From an uncultured Desulfovibrio sp. (GTDB lineage: Bacteria > Desulfobacterota > Desulfovibrionia > Desulfovibrionales > Desulfovibrionaceae), in assembly GCA_964647835.1 (NCBI GenBank), contig CAZYJQ010000004.1, positions 2,212-66,211 on the forward strand: 64,000 bases of DNA, in the 5' to 3' direction. Shown here piece by piece: positions 39,516 to 49,787 of this stretch (position 1 is the stretch's first letter; every line of letters starts with the position of its first letter). A program made the position numbers and the translations under genes. Below the pieces are notes generated by a model, which was not told where the DNA came from, did no database searches, and worked only from the letters and a program-made list of their open reading frames with translations.

Positions 39516-39877
39516 AAAAACCTCTTCATGTTAATCTGAGACAAAAAGTTGAGAATTAAGACAACGGATACGCCCGTTGATGCTACTTTACACAGTAAAC
39601 AATTCAAATCTACATCATGAGTCATCCTAAGGCGTGGACAGGGCTGTGAGGAGGGCGAAAGTCACCACGGTCAAACTACTATTAAGGGTTGCATCCATAA
39701 CCAGTCCAACAAGTAAGGCTCACCGCGCAGACACTCTGTACACCATGATGAATGGCTGACAAAAAGACGCATATTGGCGGCTTCGCTACCAAGGCCTACC
39801 TTGGTTCAAACGAAAGATTTTACCGTGCTAAGGGGTAAAAAGTCAAGGAAGAGCTGCCACAGAGAGTCGTACAGAGC

Positions 39878-41170
39878 CTAGTTGATTATCTTGGCGAGTT
39901 CTTGCTTGTACGCCGCGATGCCCTGCACAATACCCCTCGCCTGATGGGTAAGAAAAGCGGTATTCTTGAGGTTTTGGGCGTCGCTACGATTAGAGGCATA
40001 GCCAAGCTCGATGAGGACGCTTGGCATACGCGCTCCCATCAGAACATAAAAAGGAGCTGGACGAACCTTGTTGTCCCTGTATCCGACTTTTTTGGTACGC
40101 AGTTCACGCAAAATATTGCCATGAACGGCCCTTGCTAAGGCTCTGGACTCTTTCAACTTAGAGTTGAGCATCAAATCGGTCAAAATGAACTGTACATCGC
40201 TCACCTTGGACATGGATACGGAGTTTTCACGAGCCGCGACTTTTTTGGCGCTGTCAGAGTTGGCTTCGTCCAGATAGTATGTTTCCAGACCGTGTATCTT
40301 GACGTTTTTATTGGAGTTCACATGAATGGATATGAACAAATCGGCCTTTTTCTCGTTGGCTAATTCCGTACGCCTGTTTAAGGCTAAAAAAGTATTGTTA
40401 GTTCGGGTGTACAAGACGGTATAGCCCGCGCGCTGGAGCTCTTTGCCTAATATTTTAGAAAAGGCCAGGGTTAAATCACGCTCCCGAATGCCATTGCCTT
40501 CAGTGCCGGGGTCCTTTCCACCATGGCCCGGATCAATCATAATGGTCTTGACGGTCAGGCCAAGTTGTTGTGCCCTATCCGCCACCGTTGTTCGGGTGGG
40601 TTTCCTGCCGCCGGAAGAAGGGGCGACCTTGGGTGATGCAGATGATTGAAAACGAGAGAGTAAATTTTGTGTTTTTCCTGCTTGAGCTGATTTGGGATAA
40701 GAGGCCTTAAGCTGCTCAACAAGCTTCTTGCCTTCTTGTGGGTTTTTCAGGGCAAGCCCCTGAATGGCCGCCGCGCGGTAAAGACTTTCTGGAGCCAGAG
40801 AATGTTTAGGAAATGACGCGGCGAGGGAAGTATAGGCTTTGGAAGCAGTGGTAAAATCAGCCCCTCTGAAGGATTTTTCTGCAAGGGAATGTTTGGCGCG
40901 CGCCGCATAAAACAAAGAGGTAACCTTGGTGTCGCCAGAGCTTTTTTTGGATAGCTGGGTAAATTGCCTATCGAGACTTTCCCAGTGATGCCGTAAACCT
41001 GACTTTTTAGCATCCTTTTGCAAAGCTTGATATTGGTTAATAAGGCCGTTGAGCTGTGCTTGAGGCGAGGGGGCGGCCTGGCTTAGACAGGGAACCAGCA
41101 ACATACACAGTAAAACAATCGCCAGCGTATGCCACATAAGCCTTATTCTATGCTGTCTGCCCTTTATCAC
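39878..41170 (-). CDS. N-acetylmuramoyl-L-alanine amidase with N-terminal TPR-like domain
   Basis: IDPGHGGKDPG, ERD, SIHVN, FYVL, IELGY; start GTG 41170 or ATG 41137. Confidence 0.92.
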   Translation of the reverse strand: MIKGRQHRIRLMWHTLAIVLLCMLLVPCLSQAAPSPQAQLNGLINQYQALQKDAKKSGLRHHWESLDRQFTQLSKKSSGDTKVTSLFYAARAKHSLAEKSFRGADFTTASKAYTSLAASFPKHSLAPESLYRAAAIQGLALKNPQEGKKLVEQLKASYPKSAQAGKTQNLLSRFQSSASPKVAPSSGGRKPTRTTVADRAQQLGLTVKTIMIDPGHGGKDPGTEGNGIRERDLTLAFSKILGKELQRAGYTVLYTRTNNTFLALNRRTELANEKKADLFISIHVNSNKNVKIHGLETYYLDEANSDSAKKVAARENSVSMSKVSDVQFILTDLMLNSKLKESRALARAVHGNILRELRTKKVGYRDNKVRPAPFYVLMGARMPSVLIELGYASNRSDAQNLKNTAFLTHQARGIVQGIAAYKQELAKIIN

Positions 41171-41264
41171 TCCACTATCCTTTTATATAGGCAAACGCCC
41201 GACACCGATATGTATTCCATAACAATGTCGGGCGAGAGGTTATACATAAACCCTTACAATTGGA

Positions 41265-43973
41265 CTAGAAAGTCTGACCCATGGCAAATTCAAAGCGACC
41301 GCTGTCTCTTTTGCCGCGCCGGTCATCATCAAGGGGGATACCGTAGGCAAAGCGTAAGTCACCAAGGGGTGAACTCCAGCGAAGCTCAAGACCATAGGAG
41401 CGCAGGAATTCATCTTTCCATTTCCAGTCGTGGTCATTATCAGCGTTTATCCCCATGTCGAAGAAGGGAACCAGGGACATGCCGAGATCTTCACTGAAGG
41501 TCCAGATGTATTCAAGGTTCGCAAAAGCCATGCGGGTACCACCAATACGGTCGTTGGTCTTTCTATCCCGAGGAACGATATCACGCGAGTCATACCCACG
41601 CACTGAGTTGATTCCGCCCATCCAGAAACGTTCAAAAACAGGCACGTCTTTGCTACCGTTTTTATACAAAGCGGCGCCCTTTACCCGTCCATGAAGAACG
41701 TGGTTTTTCATGAGTTGGTAGTAGGACTGGTGCTCAAGGGTGACAGCGATAAAGTCGTCATCCCCGGCAAGAAGACCGCCACCATAATCAACCCGAATAC
41801 TGTCGATGTTCCCCTTAGTAGGTGTTTTGCCGTCGGTTGAGTCCCTCACAAGGGTGACGGAACCAACGCTGGAATAGCGCACGCCGGTGTCGTAGCGTCT
41901 GATAAGATCACTGACATCGTCGTCCATATCATACAATTTATAACGGTCGAAGCGGTAGCCTAAGCCAACTGAAGTATATTCACCGATGGGGTGAGAAACT
42001 CGGGTTGAAACGCCTGTAGTCCGCTTTCTATAGTCAATATAGTCATCACGCCAGTGGTACAAATCCACAGCCAGGCTGAAATCAGTATCGTACAGGCGAG
42101 GGTTGACGAAAGTAAAGGTATAGGCATTTCGACGGCTGTTAAAGCCAGCCTGGAAGGCGGCCATATACCCTTTACCAAACAGGTTACGCTCCATGAGCGT
42201 ACCGCCAACACCAACGTTAGAGAAGGTGGAATAGCCGACCCCGAACATTAAGGCACCGGTGGGCTTTTCTTTGACTTTGACTTTCAGGTCAACTTCGTCT
42301 TCACGCTCAGTGGGAACCAGTTCAATTTCAGCCACTTCGAAATAATCAAGACGGTGAATGCGCTCGTTACTGCGCTTAAGCTTATCGCCATCAAAGGCGT
42401 CGCCGTCGGTCAAACGCATTTCACGCAAGATAACGTTGTTACGAGTTTTATTATTCCCTTCGACCAACACACGGCCCACATAGAGCTTGTGTTTTTTGTC
42501 AATGTAGTAAGTAACGTCAACGATACCGCCACCCTGTTTTTGAGGAGTAGGGTTGACCTCGGCATACCCATGTCCAAACCGGGCGTAGTAATCCGTTAGT
42601 TTTTTTTCATCTTCCTGCATGGTAGAAAGTTTGAAATAGTTATCCTTGGCAGCGAGTTCATCCAGCTCAATCAGGTTCAGCAATTCTTCTTCGGATGCGA
42701 TAAGATCGCCAGCTACTGCGACTTTACCAAGTTTATAGCGCTCGCCTTCTGCAACAGGGAAGGTGATGATGATACCTTCATCGTCATAATCAATTTTTGC
42801 CGCGGCAACAGTAACGTCAAGGAAACCACGGTCGAGATAGTACGCAGTAATGGCAGTGGCGTCGCGTTCAATATATTCTTCTTTTAAAACACCGCTCCCT
42901 GAAATCCAGGAAAGCCAGCCACGAGGACTCAAGAGCAATTCATCGCGAACATCACTTTCGCTCAGCTGCTGAACACCCTCAAGACGCACTTCTTTAATAT
43001 ATTGCTTGGTTCCTTCGTCAACAGTCAAAACCAAAGCAGCGCTGGTGCCCTGCCCTACGGGAGTTACACTAGGGGTAACAGAAGCAAGGTAAAACCCTTT
43101 TTTACGATACAGCTCGGTGACTTTAAGCAAGTCTTCGGACAAAAGGCGCTCGTTATAAATAGAGCCCTGTTTTGAACTAAGCACAGCAAGGATATCGCTC
43201 TCGCTTACTTCGCTCGCGCCCTCGACGCTGATGGACTCTATGCGGGGTTTTTCAACAACGGTATACACAAGAATATTCTTGCCATCACGCTGCTCAACAC
43301 CAACTTGCACGTCGTTAAAATAGCCAAGATCCCAAATTTTCTTCATATCGCTGTCAATGACGGTAGAATCGACCATATCGCCGGGGCGAGTGGTCAAACG
43401 CATTAAAACAACTTCTGGATCAAGGGTTTTCGCGCCACGCACTTCAATATCGGCAATGGCGTCTTTGGGAGAAAACTCAGTGCTAATACGCTGAGCCAAG
43501 GTGGAAGCGGTGGAGACCAAGTCTCTTCCGCCACTGGCCTGATCAATATAGTAGGGCTTGGCGGTACCAGAGCCTGCCGGGACCATACGAGCGTCAACGC
43601 TCATCTGACCGCCAGCTTCGTTGATGGTTCCAAAAACAGCGTAATTCGCTCCGGCGAGGGAGGCGATACGCTTAGCGCCAGCGGCATCTAAAACCTGCAG
43701 TCTGCTTCGCTCAACAGCGCTCAGCATGGCTTCTTGGGGGACAACCCGAATACCACGCGTGGCAAGACCTTGACCGAGCATATCTGGAAAATCGATGGAA
43801 AGGCGCTGGATATCTTCGCTTCCGTTTACCTGAAACGGTAAAACCACAATGGTGGGGCCAGAACCTCGTTGAGGCGCGGCGAAAGCCTGTGTAGCCATGC
43901 AACTTAGCGCTACCATCAAGCTCAAGCTCAGAAAGAGACTCCTCTTCCAGACCCAGCTAATACGTTTGCTCAT
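41265..43973 (-). CDS. bamA: Outer membrane protein assembly factor BamA with extra N-terminal domain
   Basis: GGAGA RBS; POTRA repeats, ERNLFGKG, SVRGY, terminal Phe. Confidence 0.96.
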   Translation of the reverse strand: MSKRISWVWKRSLFLSLSLMVALSCMATQAFAAPQRGSGPTIVVLPFQVNGSEDIQRLSIDFPDMLGQGLATRGIRVVPQEAMLSAVERSRLQVLDAAGAKRIASLAGANYAVFGTINEAGGQMSVDARMVPAGSGTAKPYYIDQASGGRDLVSTASTLAQRISTEFSPKDAIADIEVRGAKTLDPEVVLMRLTTRPGDMVDSTVIDSDMKKIWDLGYFNDVQVGVEQRDGKNILVYTVVEKPRIESISVEGASEVSESDILAVLSSKQGSIYNERLLSEDLLKVTELYRKKGFYLASVTPSVTPVGQGTSAALVLTVDEGTKQYIKEVRLEGVQQLSESDVRDELLLSPRGWLSWISGSGVLKEEYIERDATAITAYYLDRGFLDVTVAAAKIDYDDEGIIITFPVAEGERYKLGKVAVAGDLIASEEELLNLIELDELAAKDNYFKLSTMQEDEKKLTDYYARFGHGYAEVNPTPQKQGGGIVDVTYYIDKKHKLYVGRVLVEGNNKTRNNVILREMRLTDGDAFDGDKLKRSNERIHRLDYFEVAEIELVPTEREDEVDLKVKVKEKPTGALMFGVGYSTFSNVGVGGTLMERNLFGKGYMAAFQAGFNSRRNAYTFTFVNPRLYDTDFSLAVDLYHWRDDYIDYRKRTTGVSTRVSHPIGEYTSVGLGYRFDRYKLYDMDDDVSDLIRRYDTGVRYSSVGSVTLVRDSTDGKTPTKGNIDSIRVDYGGGLLAGDDDFIAVTLEHQSYYQLMKNHVLHGRVKGAALYKNGSKDVPVFERFWMGGINSVRGYDSRDIVPRDRKTNDRIGGTRMAFANLEYIWTFSEDLGMSLVPFFDMGINADNDHDWKWKDEFLRSYGLELRWSSPLGDLRFAYGIPLDDDRRGKRDSGRFEFAMGQTF

Positions 43974-44649
43974 ACAATTCTCCAGATTTGAGTTCAAACT
44001 GTCTGCCCATACGGCGCGCCAGTTCTATATTGTGGGTTACAACCACCAATGCCATGTGGTACGTGGCATTAAGTTCCAACATCAGTTCAGCAATCATTTG
44101 ACCGTTCGCTTCGTCCAAGTTGCCCGTGGGTTCGTCGGCCAACAAAACGGCAGGTTTTTGTATAATAGCCCTCGCCATGGCGGCGCGCTGACGCTCGCCA
44201 CCTGAAAGCAAGGTGACATCAAACGATTCACGCTTGCTCAGGCCCACTTGGGCAAGGGCAACCTGCGCCTTATCAAAGGCAATATCGCGTTTTTCACCAG
44301 CTATAAAAGCTGGCATGGCAACATTTTCAAGGGTTGAAAATTCGGGCAAAAGGTGATGAAACTGAAAAACGAATCCTATGGCGGTATTTCGCAAAAAAGC
44401 TTTCCTGCCCGCCGACATACTCACCAAATCTTCACCGCGAAATTCAATAGCTCCCCAAGAAGGATTAGCAAGACTTCCCAGTATATGCAAGAACGAAGAT
44501 TTTCCACTGCCGGAAGAACCGACAATGGACAAGGTTTCGCCCCTGTAAATATCCATAGTAATATCTTTAAATACTAAAACTTTTTCATTTGGGCTAGAAA
44601 ATTCTTTACCCATATGGGAAATTTTATAGAGAAGAGGGTTTTCAGTCAT
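43957..44649 (-). CDS. lolD: Lipoprotein-releasing ABC ATPase
   Basis: GSSGSGKS, GFVFQFHHLLPEF, LSGGERQR, ADEPTGNLD. Confidence 0.93.
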   Translation of the reverse strand: MTENPLLYKISHMGKEFSSPNEKVLVFKDITMDIYRGETLSIVGSSGSGKSSFLHILGSLANPSWGAIEFRGEDLVSMSAGRKAFLRNTAIGFVFQFHHLLPEFSTLENVAMPAFIAGEKRDIAFDKAQVALAQVGLSKRESFDVTLLSGGERQRAAMARAIIQKPAVLLADEPTGNLDEANGQMIAELMLELNATYHMALVVVTHNIELARRMGRQFELKSGELYEQTY

Positions 44650-44660
44650 TCCAGCTCACC

Positions 44661-45887
44661 TTACTCATGACGCAAAGCGCTTACGGGCTCAAGGTTTGCG
44701 GCCTGTCTTGCCGGGTACAGAGTCGCCACGAAACAAATGACCATGGCGGCCACACCAATAATGACAAGGTCGGAGGTATGGAGCAGAACAGGCAGGTAGT
44801 CGAGGGAATAAACCCCTTTGGGCAACTTGATAAAGCGATATTTTTTGAGAAGCCAACAGGCCGTTAAGCCAAGGACATAGCCAACTGTCGTCCCGAGAAA
44901 TCCAATGAGAATCCCTTCTAGCATAAAAATAGAGCGAATGGTGGCGCGCTTTGCGCCAAGGGACATTAAGATAGCGATATCGCGGGTTTTTTCCATAACC
45001 AGCATGACCAGGGAGGTAATAATAGAAAAAGCACCAACCACAACCACTAAAAATAAGATAATGGACATGGCGGCCTTCTCAAGCTGTAGGGCGGCAAAAA
45101 GGTTGGCGTTCATCCTCATCCACGTCTGGACATAAAAAGTTCCGCCGAGGGCCTCGACGATTTTATCCCCTATGGCTTCAGCCTTATCAGGGTTCACCAT
45201 GGCGACTTCAATGCCTGTGACCGCCCTGTCGCCCCAGCCAAGGAGTTCGCGCGCCGCGGGCAAGTTAATGAAAACCAGAGAAGAGTCATATTCAAACATG
45301 CCCAGCGAAAAAACCGCCACAACCCGAAAGGATTGAACCTTGGGCGTGTAGCCAGCCGTTGTGCTTTGGCCAGAAGGGGCAATCATATTCACTCGGCTCC
45401 CCACATTCAGATGCAGGCGCTTGGCTAAGTCTAACCCCACGATAATACCTGGGATGGGACTGGCTGTGGCGAGGTCGTCCAAACTGCCTTCGATTATTTT
45501 GTCTAAAACACCAATGGTGCCTTTGGCGGTCGCCGGGTCAATGCCGCGCAAAACAACGCCCTTGCCCCCTGCCGAGGAAGAAACCATGAGCTCAGAATAA
45601 ATAAAAGGAGTGGCCCCCACAACACCATCAACGCTTCCGATGGCCTCCAAAATTTCAGGCGAAGGGTAAACATGCCCTCCCCCGTCAAAAACAACGGCGT
45701 GGGACGTGGCGCCGATTATCTTATCGCGCAAGTCCGTGCTAAAACCATTCATAACCCCCATGACAACAACTAAAGCCGCCACCCCAAGGGCAACGCCAAT
45801 GACCGCTGTCCAGGAAATTATGGAAATAAATTTCTGGTCGCGCTTGGAAAAAAGATACCGCAGGGCAATGAATAAATCGAAAGGCAC
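44661..45887 (-). CDS. lolC: Lipoprotein-releasing ABC permease LolC/E
   Basis: ALRYL, VMGVMNGF, MLVMEKTRDIAIL, YPARQAA. Confidence 0.9.
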   Translation of the reverse strand: MPFDLFIALRYLFSKRDQKFISIISWTAVIGVALGVAALVVVMGVMNGFSTDLRDKIIGATSHAVVFDGGGHVYPSPEILEAIGSVDGVVGATPFIYSELMVSSSAGGKGVVLRGIDPATAKGTIGVLDKIIEGSLDDLATASPIPGIIVGLDLAKRLHLNVGSRVNMIAPSGQSTTAGYTPKVQSFRVVAVFSLGMFEYDSSLVFINLPAARELLGWGDRAVTGIEVAMVNPDKAEAIGDKIVEALGGTFYVQTWMRMNANLFAALQLEKAAMSIILFLVVVVGAFSIITSLVMLVMEKTRDIAILMSLGAKRATIRSIFMLEGILIGFLGTTVGYVLGLTACWLLKKYRFIKLPKGVYSLDYLPVLLHTSDLVIIGVAAMVICFVATLYPARQAANLEPVSALRHE

Positions 45888-45901
45888 GTTTTCCTCACCG
45901 T

Positions 45902-45947
45902 AAAAAACCCTTCACAGCCCCTCTCTCAAAAAGGGGCATGAAGGGTT
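45902..45947 (-). terminator. Terminator-like hairpin between lysS and lolC
   Basis: AACCCTTCA/TGAAGGGTT outer and GCCCCT/AGGGGC inner stems, followed by a U-run on -. Confidence 0.6.
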
Positions 45948-45977
45948 GCAAAGCGGATATGATAGGCACTCCTATCA

Positions 45978-47582
45978 CTACAATTGTTCAGGCTTAAGCA
46001 AAGGAAAGAGAATAACTTCGCGAATGGACGCCGAATCCGTCAGCAGCATGACTAAACGGTCAATGCCTATTCCCTCCCCAGCCGCGGGGGGCATGCCATA
46101 TTCCAGGGCACGCAAATAATCTTCGTCCACGCCATGCGCTTCGACGTCGCCAGCGGCCTTTTCGGCCTCTTGGGCCATAAAGCGCCCACGCTGGTCAGCG
46201 GGGTCGTTTAACTCAGAAAAAGCGTTGGCAAGCTCGCGCCCGGCAATGAAAAGTTCAAAGCGGTCGGTCACGTTGGGGTCGTCGTTATTACGACGGGACA
46301 AGGGCGAAATTTCCGTTGGATAATGATAGATAAAGGTCGGCTGGATGAGCTTGGTTTCCACGTCAACGTCAAAAAGCTTGGCTTGCAATTTCACCAAGGA
46401 CTCGCCTTCAAGTATTTTTTCGCCGCGCTGTTTCAAGTAGTTCGCCAATCGTCCGTAGTCCGTATAAAAATCTTCGGTGTGCCCCCCAATGGTCTCAAGG
46501 GACTCATAAAATTTAATGCGTTGCCAGGTACCGGGAGTCAGATCGATGGTCTCTTCTTGGTAGGTGATGACCGTATCGCCACAAACGACCTTAGCCAAGT
46601 GACCGATAAGCTCCTCACTTAAATCCATGAGGTTCTCAAAGGTGGCGTAAGCCCAGTAGAACTCACACATGGTAAACTCAGGGTTGTGCCGTGTGGACAC
46701 CCCTTCGTTACGAAAGTTGCGGTTGATTTCAAAGACTTTTTCAAAGCCGCCCACTAAGAGCCTTTTCAAATAAAGCTCAGGAGCGATGCGCAAAAAGAGG
46801 GGAATATCAAGGGCATTGTGGTGGGTATTAAAGGGTCGTGCCGCCGCTCCACCCGCCATGGGTTGCAACATAGGCGTTTCAACCTCTAAAAATCCCCGCT
46901 CTTCCATAAAATGTCTGAATTCTTTTACTATCTGGATGCGCTTTTCAAATATCTCGCGAGTTCTCGGTGTTACGATTAGGTCCACATAACGCTGGCGATA
47001 GCGTGTTTCCATATCTTTAAGACCGTGAAATTTTTCTGGCAAAGAACGGATGGATTTAGTTAATAAAACAACTTTATTACAGCTAACAGTCAGCTCACCG
47101 GTTTTAGTAAAAAAGAGCGTTCCTGAAACGCCAACCAAATCGCCCGTATCAAACTTTTTAAAGAGGGCGTAGTCCTCCCCAAGGTCATCCCTTGAGGCAT
47201 AGCACTGCACCCGTCCGGTCGTGTCCATGAGGTGAAAAAAAGCCATTTTTCCAAAAGACCGCAAAGAAACAATCCTACCCGCCAAGATGACTTCGCCAGC
47301 CTCGGCAAGGGCAGCCTCGTCTACACCGTCATAGCGCTCCATAAGAGTGGCGGCGTAGTCCTTTTTCTCAAAACCATTGGCGTAAATGCTAATATCGTTA
47401 TCAAGCATTTCACAAGCTTTCACCACGCGCGCTTTGGCGACCTCGCTCAGTTCATCTTTTTCCACCATGCTTTCAAGCATAGGCATAAAATATTCAACAT
47501 GCGGCGATTTCGTAGGAAGCTTTACTTTGCTTTTGCCTTTTTTTACAGCTTCTGGCTTGGAATTGGAAGAAAGAGAACTCAA
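45978..47582 (-). CDS. lysS: Lysine-tRNA ligase, class II
   Basis: Probable TTG start at 47582, 7 nt after GGAG; RYRQRYVD, FRNEG...HNPEF, GIGIDR. Confidence 0.97.
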   Translation of the reverse strand: MSSLSSNSKPEAVKKGKSKVKLPTKSPHVEYFMPMLESMVEKDELSEVAKARVVKACEMLDNDISIYANGFEKKDYAATLMERYDGVDEAALAEAGEVILAGRIVSLRSFGKMAFFHLMDTTGRVQCYASRDDLGEDYALFKKFDTGDLVGVSGTLFFTKTGELTVSCNKVVLLTKSIRSLPEKFHGLKDMETRYRQRYVDLIVTPRTREIFEKRIQIVKEFRHFMEERGFLEVETPMLQPMAGGAAARPFNTHHNALDIPLFLRIAPELYLKRLLVGGFEKVFEINRNFRNEGVSTRHNPEFTMCEFYWAYATFENLMDLSEELIGHLAKVVCGDTVITYQEETIDLTPGTWQRIKFYESLETIGGHTEDFYTDYGRLANYLKQRGEKILEGESLVKLQAKLFDVDVETKLIQPTFIYHYPTEISPLSRRNNDDPNVTDRFELFIAGRELANAFSELNDPADQRGRFMAQEAEKAAGDVEAHGVDEDYLRALEYGMPPAAGEGIGIDRLVMLLTDSASIREVILFPLLKPEQL

Positions 47583-48234
47583 GATTACACTCCATGCGGT
47601 AGACACAAAAATTATTTGAGATTTAGGGCTATGCCAAAAAGCACAAGCTGTCAAGTCTGGCAGTGATAATTAAGCGCTAATATGCCCTTTGTGAGTTTTT
47701 TCTCAGCACCAGTTTTTTTCATCCGAAGTTGTGTGAAAAGCCTTTCTATCAAAAGATTTCCATCGACACTTATACAAAACTTGGCTTAATTCATCACCTC
47801 AGCTGTCAACCTTCGAGATATCCCCTCCTCCAAAGTCGCCACAAGGGCCGTTATTGCCTCTTTTCTTTCTTACATCGACCTTATCGAACAATAAACTTTT
47901 CCATGACCTGACGCATCTTGCCTCTCACCTTTGCGAACTGCCCTCCCACGTCTTTTTGTGATCCGTGATTTGCCTTCTGAACTACCGTCCCAAGGTTTAC
48001 CCCCCCAGCTGGTTCGGGTTTCGCAATAAACACCTTGGAATATCTTTCACATAGGCGCAAAACTCCCCAACCATAAAGCGCCCTTTTAGTCCGTGCTCTA
48101 TTTTTTGCAATACCCCACGCCCATGTGATATCCAGCGAGACCTTGAATGGCCTTTCTAAAGAGCTACTTTACTAATCCAGCGTTTGGCGGTATTATTTCG
48201 ATTCTTTGCAAAGAGCTTTATTGAGGAGTCAGCA

Positions 48235-49044
48235 GTGGAACAAACATACAAAATAGGCGAAGCAGCGACCCTGCTTAACCTTAAAACGTATGTCTTGCGA
48301 TTTTGGGAAACAGAATTTCCCCAAATCGCCCCTTTACGAACTGAAAAAGGTCAACGCCTCTATCGAGCCAAAGATATCGAACTACTCGAACGAATCCGCT
48401 ATCTGCTCCATGAACAAGGGTTAACCATTGACGGAGCTCGTAAAATTCTCGACAGCCACGAAGCCGAAGCCTTTATTCCCACAAGCCCCATAGCGGCGAA
48501 CATGCCCTCTCCCATGGAACCCCACAAACATTCTCCCGACCATGCCGCATCTTGGCCACCTCATCACTCCGCGCCAAGCCCCAAGGCTTTACCTTCAGAC
48601 ACCACACAAGCGTATTCGCCCGGCTCACCCGGCTCACCCGACGCACCCGACTCGCCCGATTCTCTCAGTTCACCAGATTCACCCAGCTCACCCTGCATAC
48701 CCGACGCACGCGGCACAAGTGATAAAAGAACGACAGGCGAAGCATGGCATGGCACCCCCCAGGGCACACAACCAGTTTCTTTAAAGAGCGGGGTTTTGGG
48801 CCATGCCCCTCAAAATTCGCCTGAATCTGACAGCGGTTTTTCACACGCCCCCCTTGCTCCACTAGGCCAACCTAAGGCAAACCAAACAGATGGTCAGGTT
48901 GCTAACCATACAGCCTCAACGGCTAGCGCATCCTCAGAATCTTTACGACCTAGCGGCGCGGCCCTGCAAACTCTCATAACCGATCTTGAAGAAGTCGCCA
49001 CGATTTTACGCTGCGACGCCACACAAGGAAGTTTTATACAATGA
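48235..49044 (+). CDS. MerR-family HTH regulator with long Pro/Ser-rich insertion
   Basis: GTG after GAGGAG; YKIGEAA...VLRFWETEF...GQRLY; SPx repeats; C-terminal helix. Confidence 0.88.
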   Translation: MEQTYKIGEAATLLNLKTYVLRFWETEFPQIAPLRTEKGQRLYRAKDIELLERIRYLLHEQGLTIDGARKILDSHEAEAFIPTSPIAANMPSPMEPHKHSPDHAASWPPHHSAPSPKALPSDTTQAYSPGSPGSPDAPDSPDSLSSPDSPSSPCIPDARGTSDKRTTGEAWHGTPQGTQPVSLKSGVLGHAPQNSPESDSGFSHAPLAPLGQPKANQTDGQVANHTASTASASSESLRPSGAALQTLITDLEEVATILRCDATQGSFIQ

Positions 49045-49733
49045 TACTCTCTCCCTCCCTCCTTTCCTGTGATTTTGGTAATTTCTCAAGCGAATTGCGC
49101 CGTTTGGAAGAGGCAGACATTTCATGGGTTCATTGGGATGTGATGGACGGCATGTTTGTGCCTAACATCACCTTTGGCGCGCCTATCATTAAAAATCTCC
49201 GTTCAAAAACCGATCTTTTTTTCGATGTCCACCTCATGGTAGAAGCGCCAGAGCGCTATATTGAGGACTTTGCCAAAGCCGGTGCCAACCTGCTCACCAT
49301 TCACGCCGAAGCAACCACCCACCTCGACCGCACCCTGAATGAGATACGCAACCACGGCATGCTCGCAGGCGTTGCTTTAAACCCTGCCACGCCCCTTTCT
49401 GCCATTGAAAATGTTCTTTACTGTCTTGACCTTGTCTTAATTATGAGTGTAAACCCCGGTTTTGGCGGACAAAAATTTATCCCCCAAAGCCTCAACAAAA
49501 TCAAAACTCTCTCAGCCCTCATTGACGAACAGCATCACAGCACCGTTATTGAGGTTGACGGCGGTGTGACACCTGATAACACCCAAGCTCTGGTTGACGC
49601 CGGGGCAGATTATCTGGTTTCCGGTTCCGCTTTTTTTAATCACCCGCCCCTAAAGGAACGCCATGCCGTTTTCTTACAGGCAGCGGCCCTTAGTTCTCGA
49701 AAAACACGCTTGGCACAAGCCATTACCCAATAA
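49041..49733 (+). CDS. rpe: Ribulose-phosphate 3-epimerase
   Basis: SPSLL, HWDVMDG, DVHLM, MSVNPGFGGQ, VDGG. Confidence 0.97.
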   Translation: MILSPSLLSCDFGNFSSELRRLEEADISWVHWDVMDGMFVPNITFGAPIIKNLRSKTDLFFDVHLMVEAPERYIEDFAKAGANLLTIHAEATTHLDRTLNEIRNHGMLAGVALNPATPLSAIENVLYCLDLVLIMSVNPGFGGQKFIPQSLNKIKTLSALIDEQHHSTVIEVDGGVTPDNTQALVDAGADYLVSGSAFFNHPPLKERHAVFLQAAALSSRKTRLAQAITQ

Positions 49734-49787
49734 ACAACGTTGTAAAAATACAAACATCGTCCTGTTCATGCATGAAGGAGACTTTCC

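Noticed and set aside
39646-39670. GNRA-capped stem suggesting a riboswitch or ncRNA
   Set aside because: Single short imperfect stem with no other Rfam-like elements recognisable
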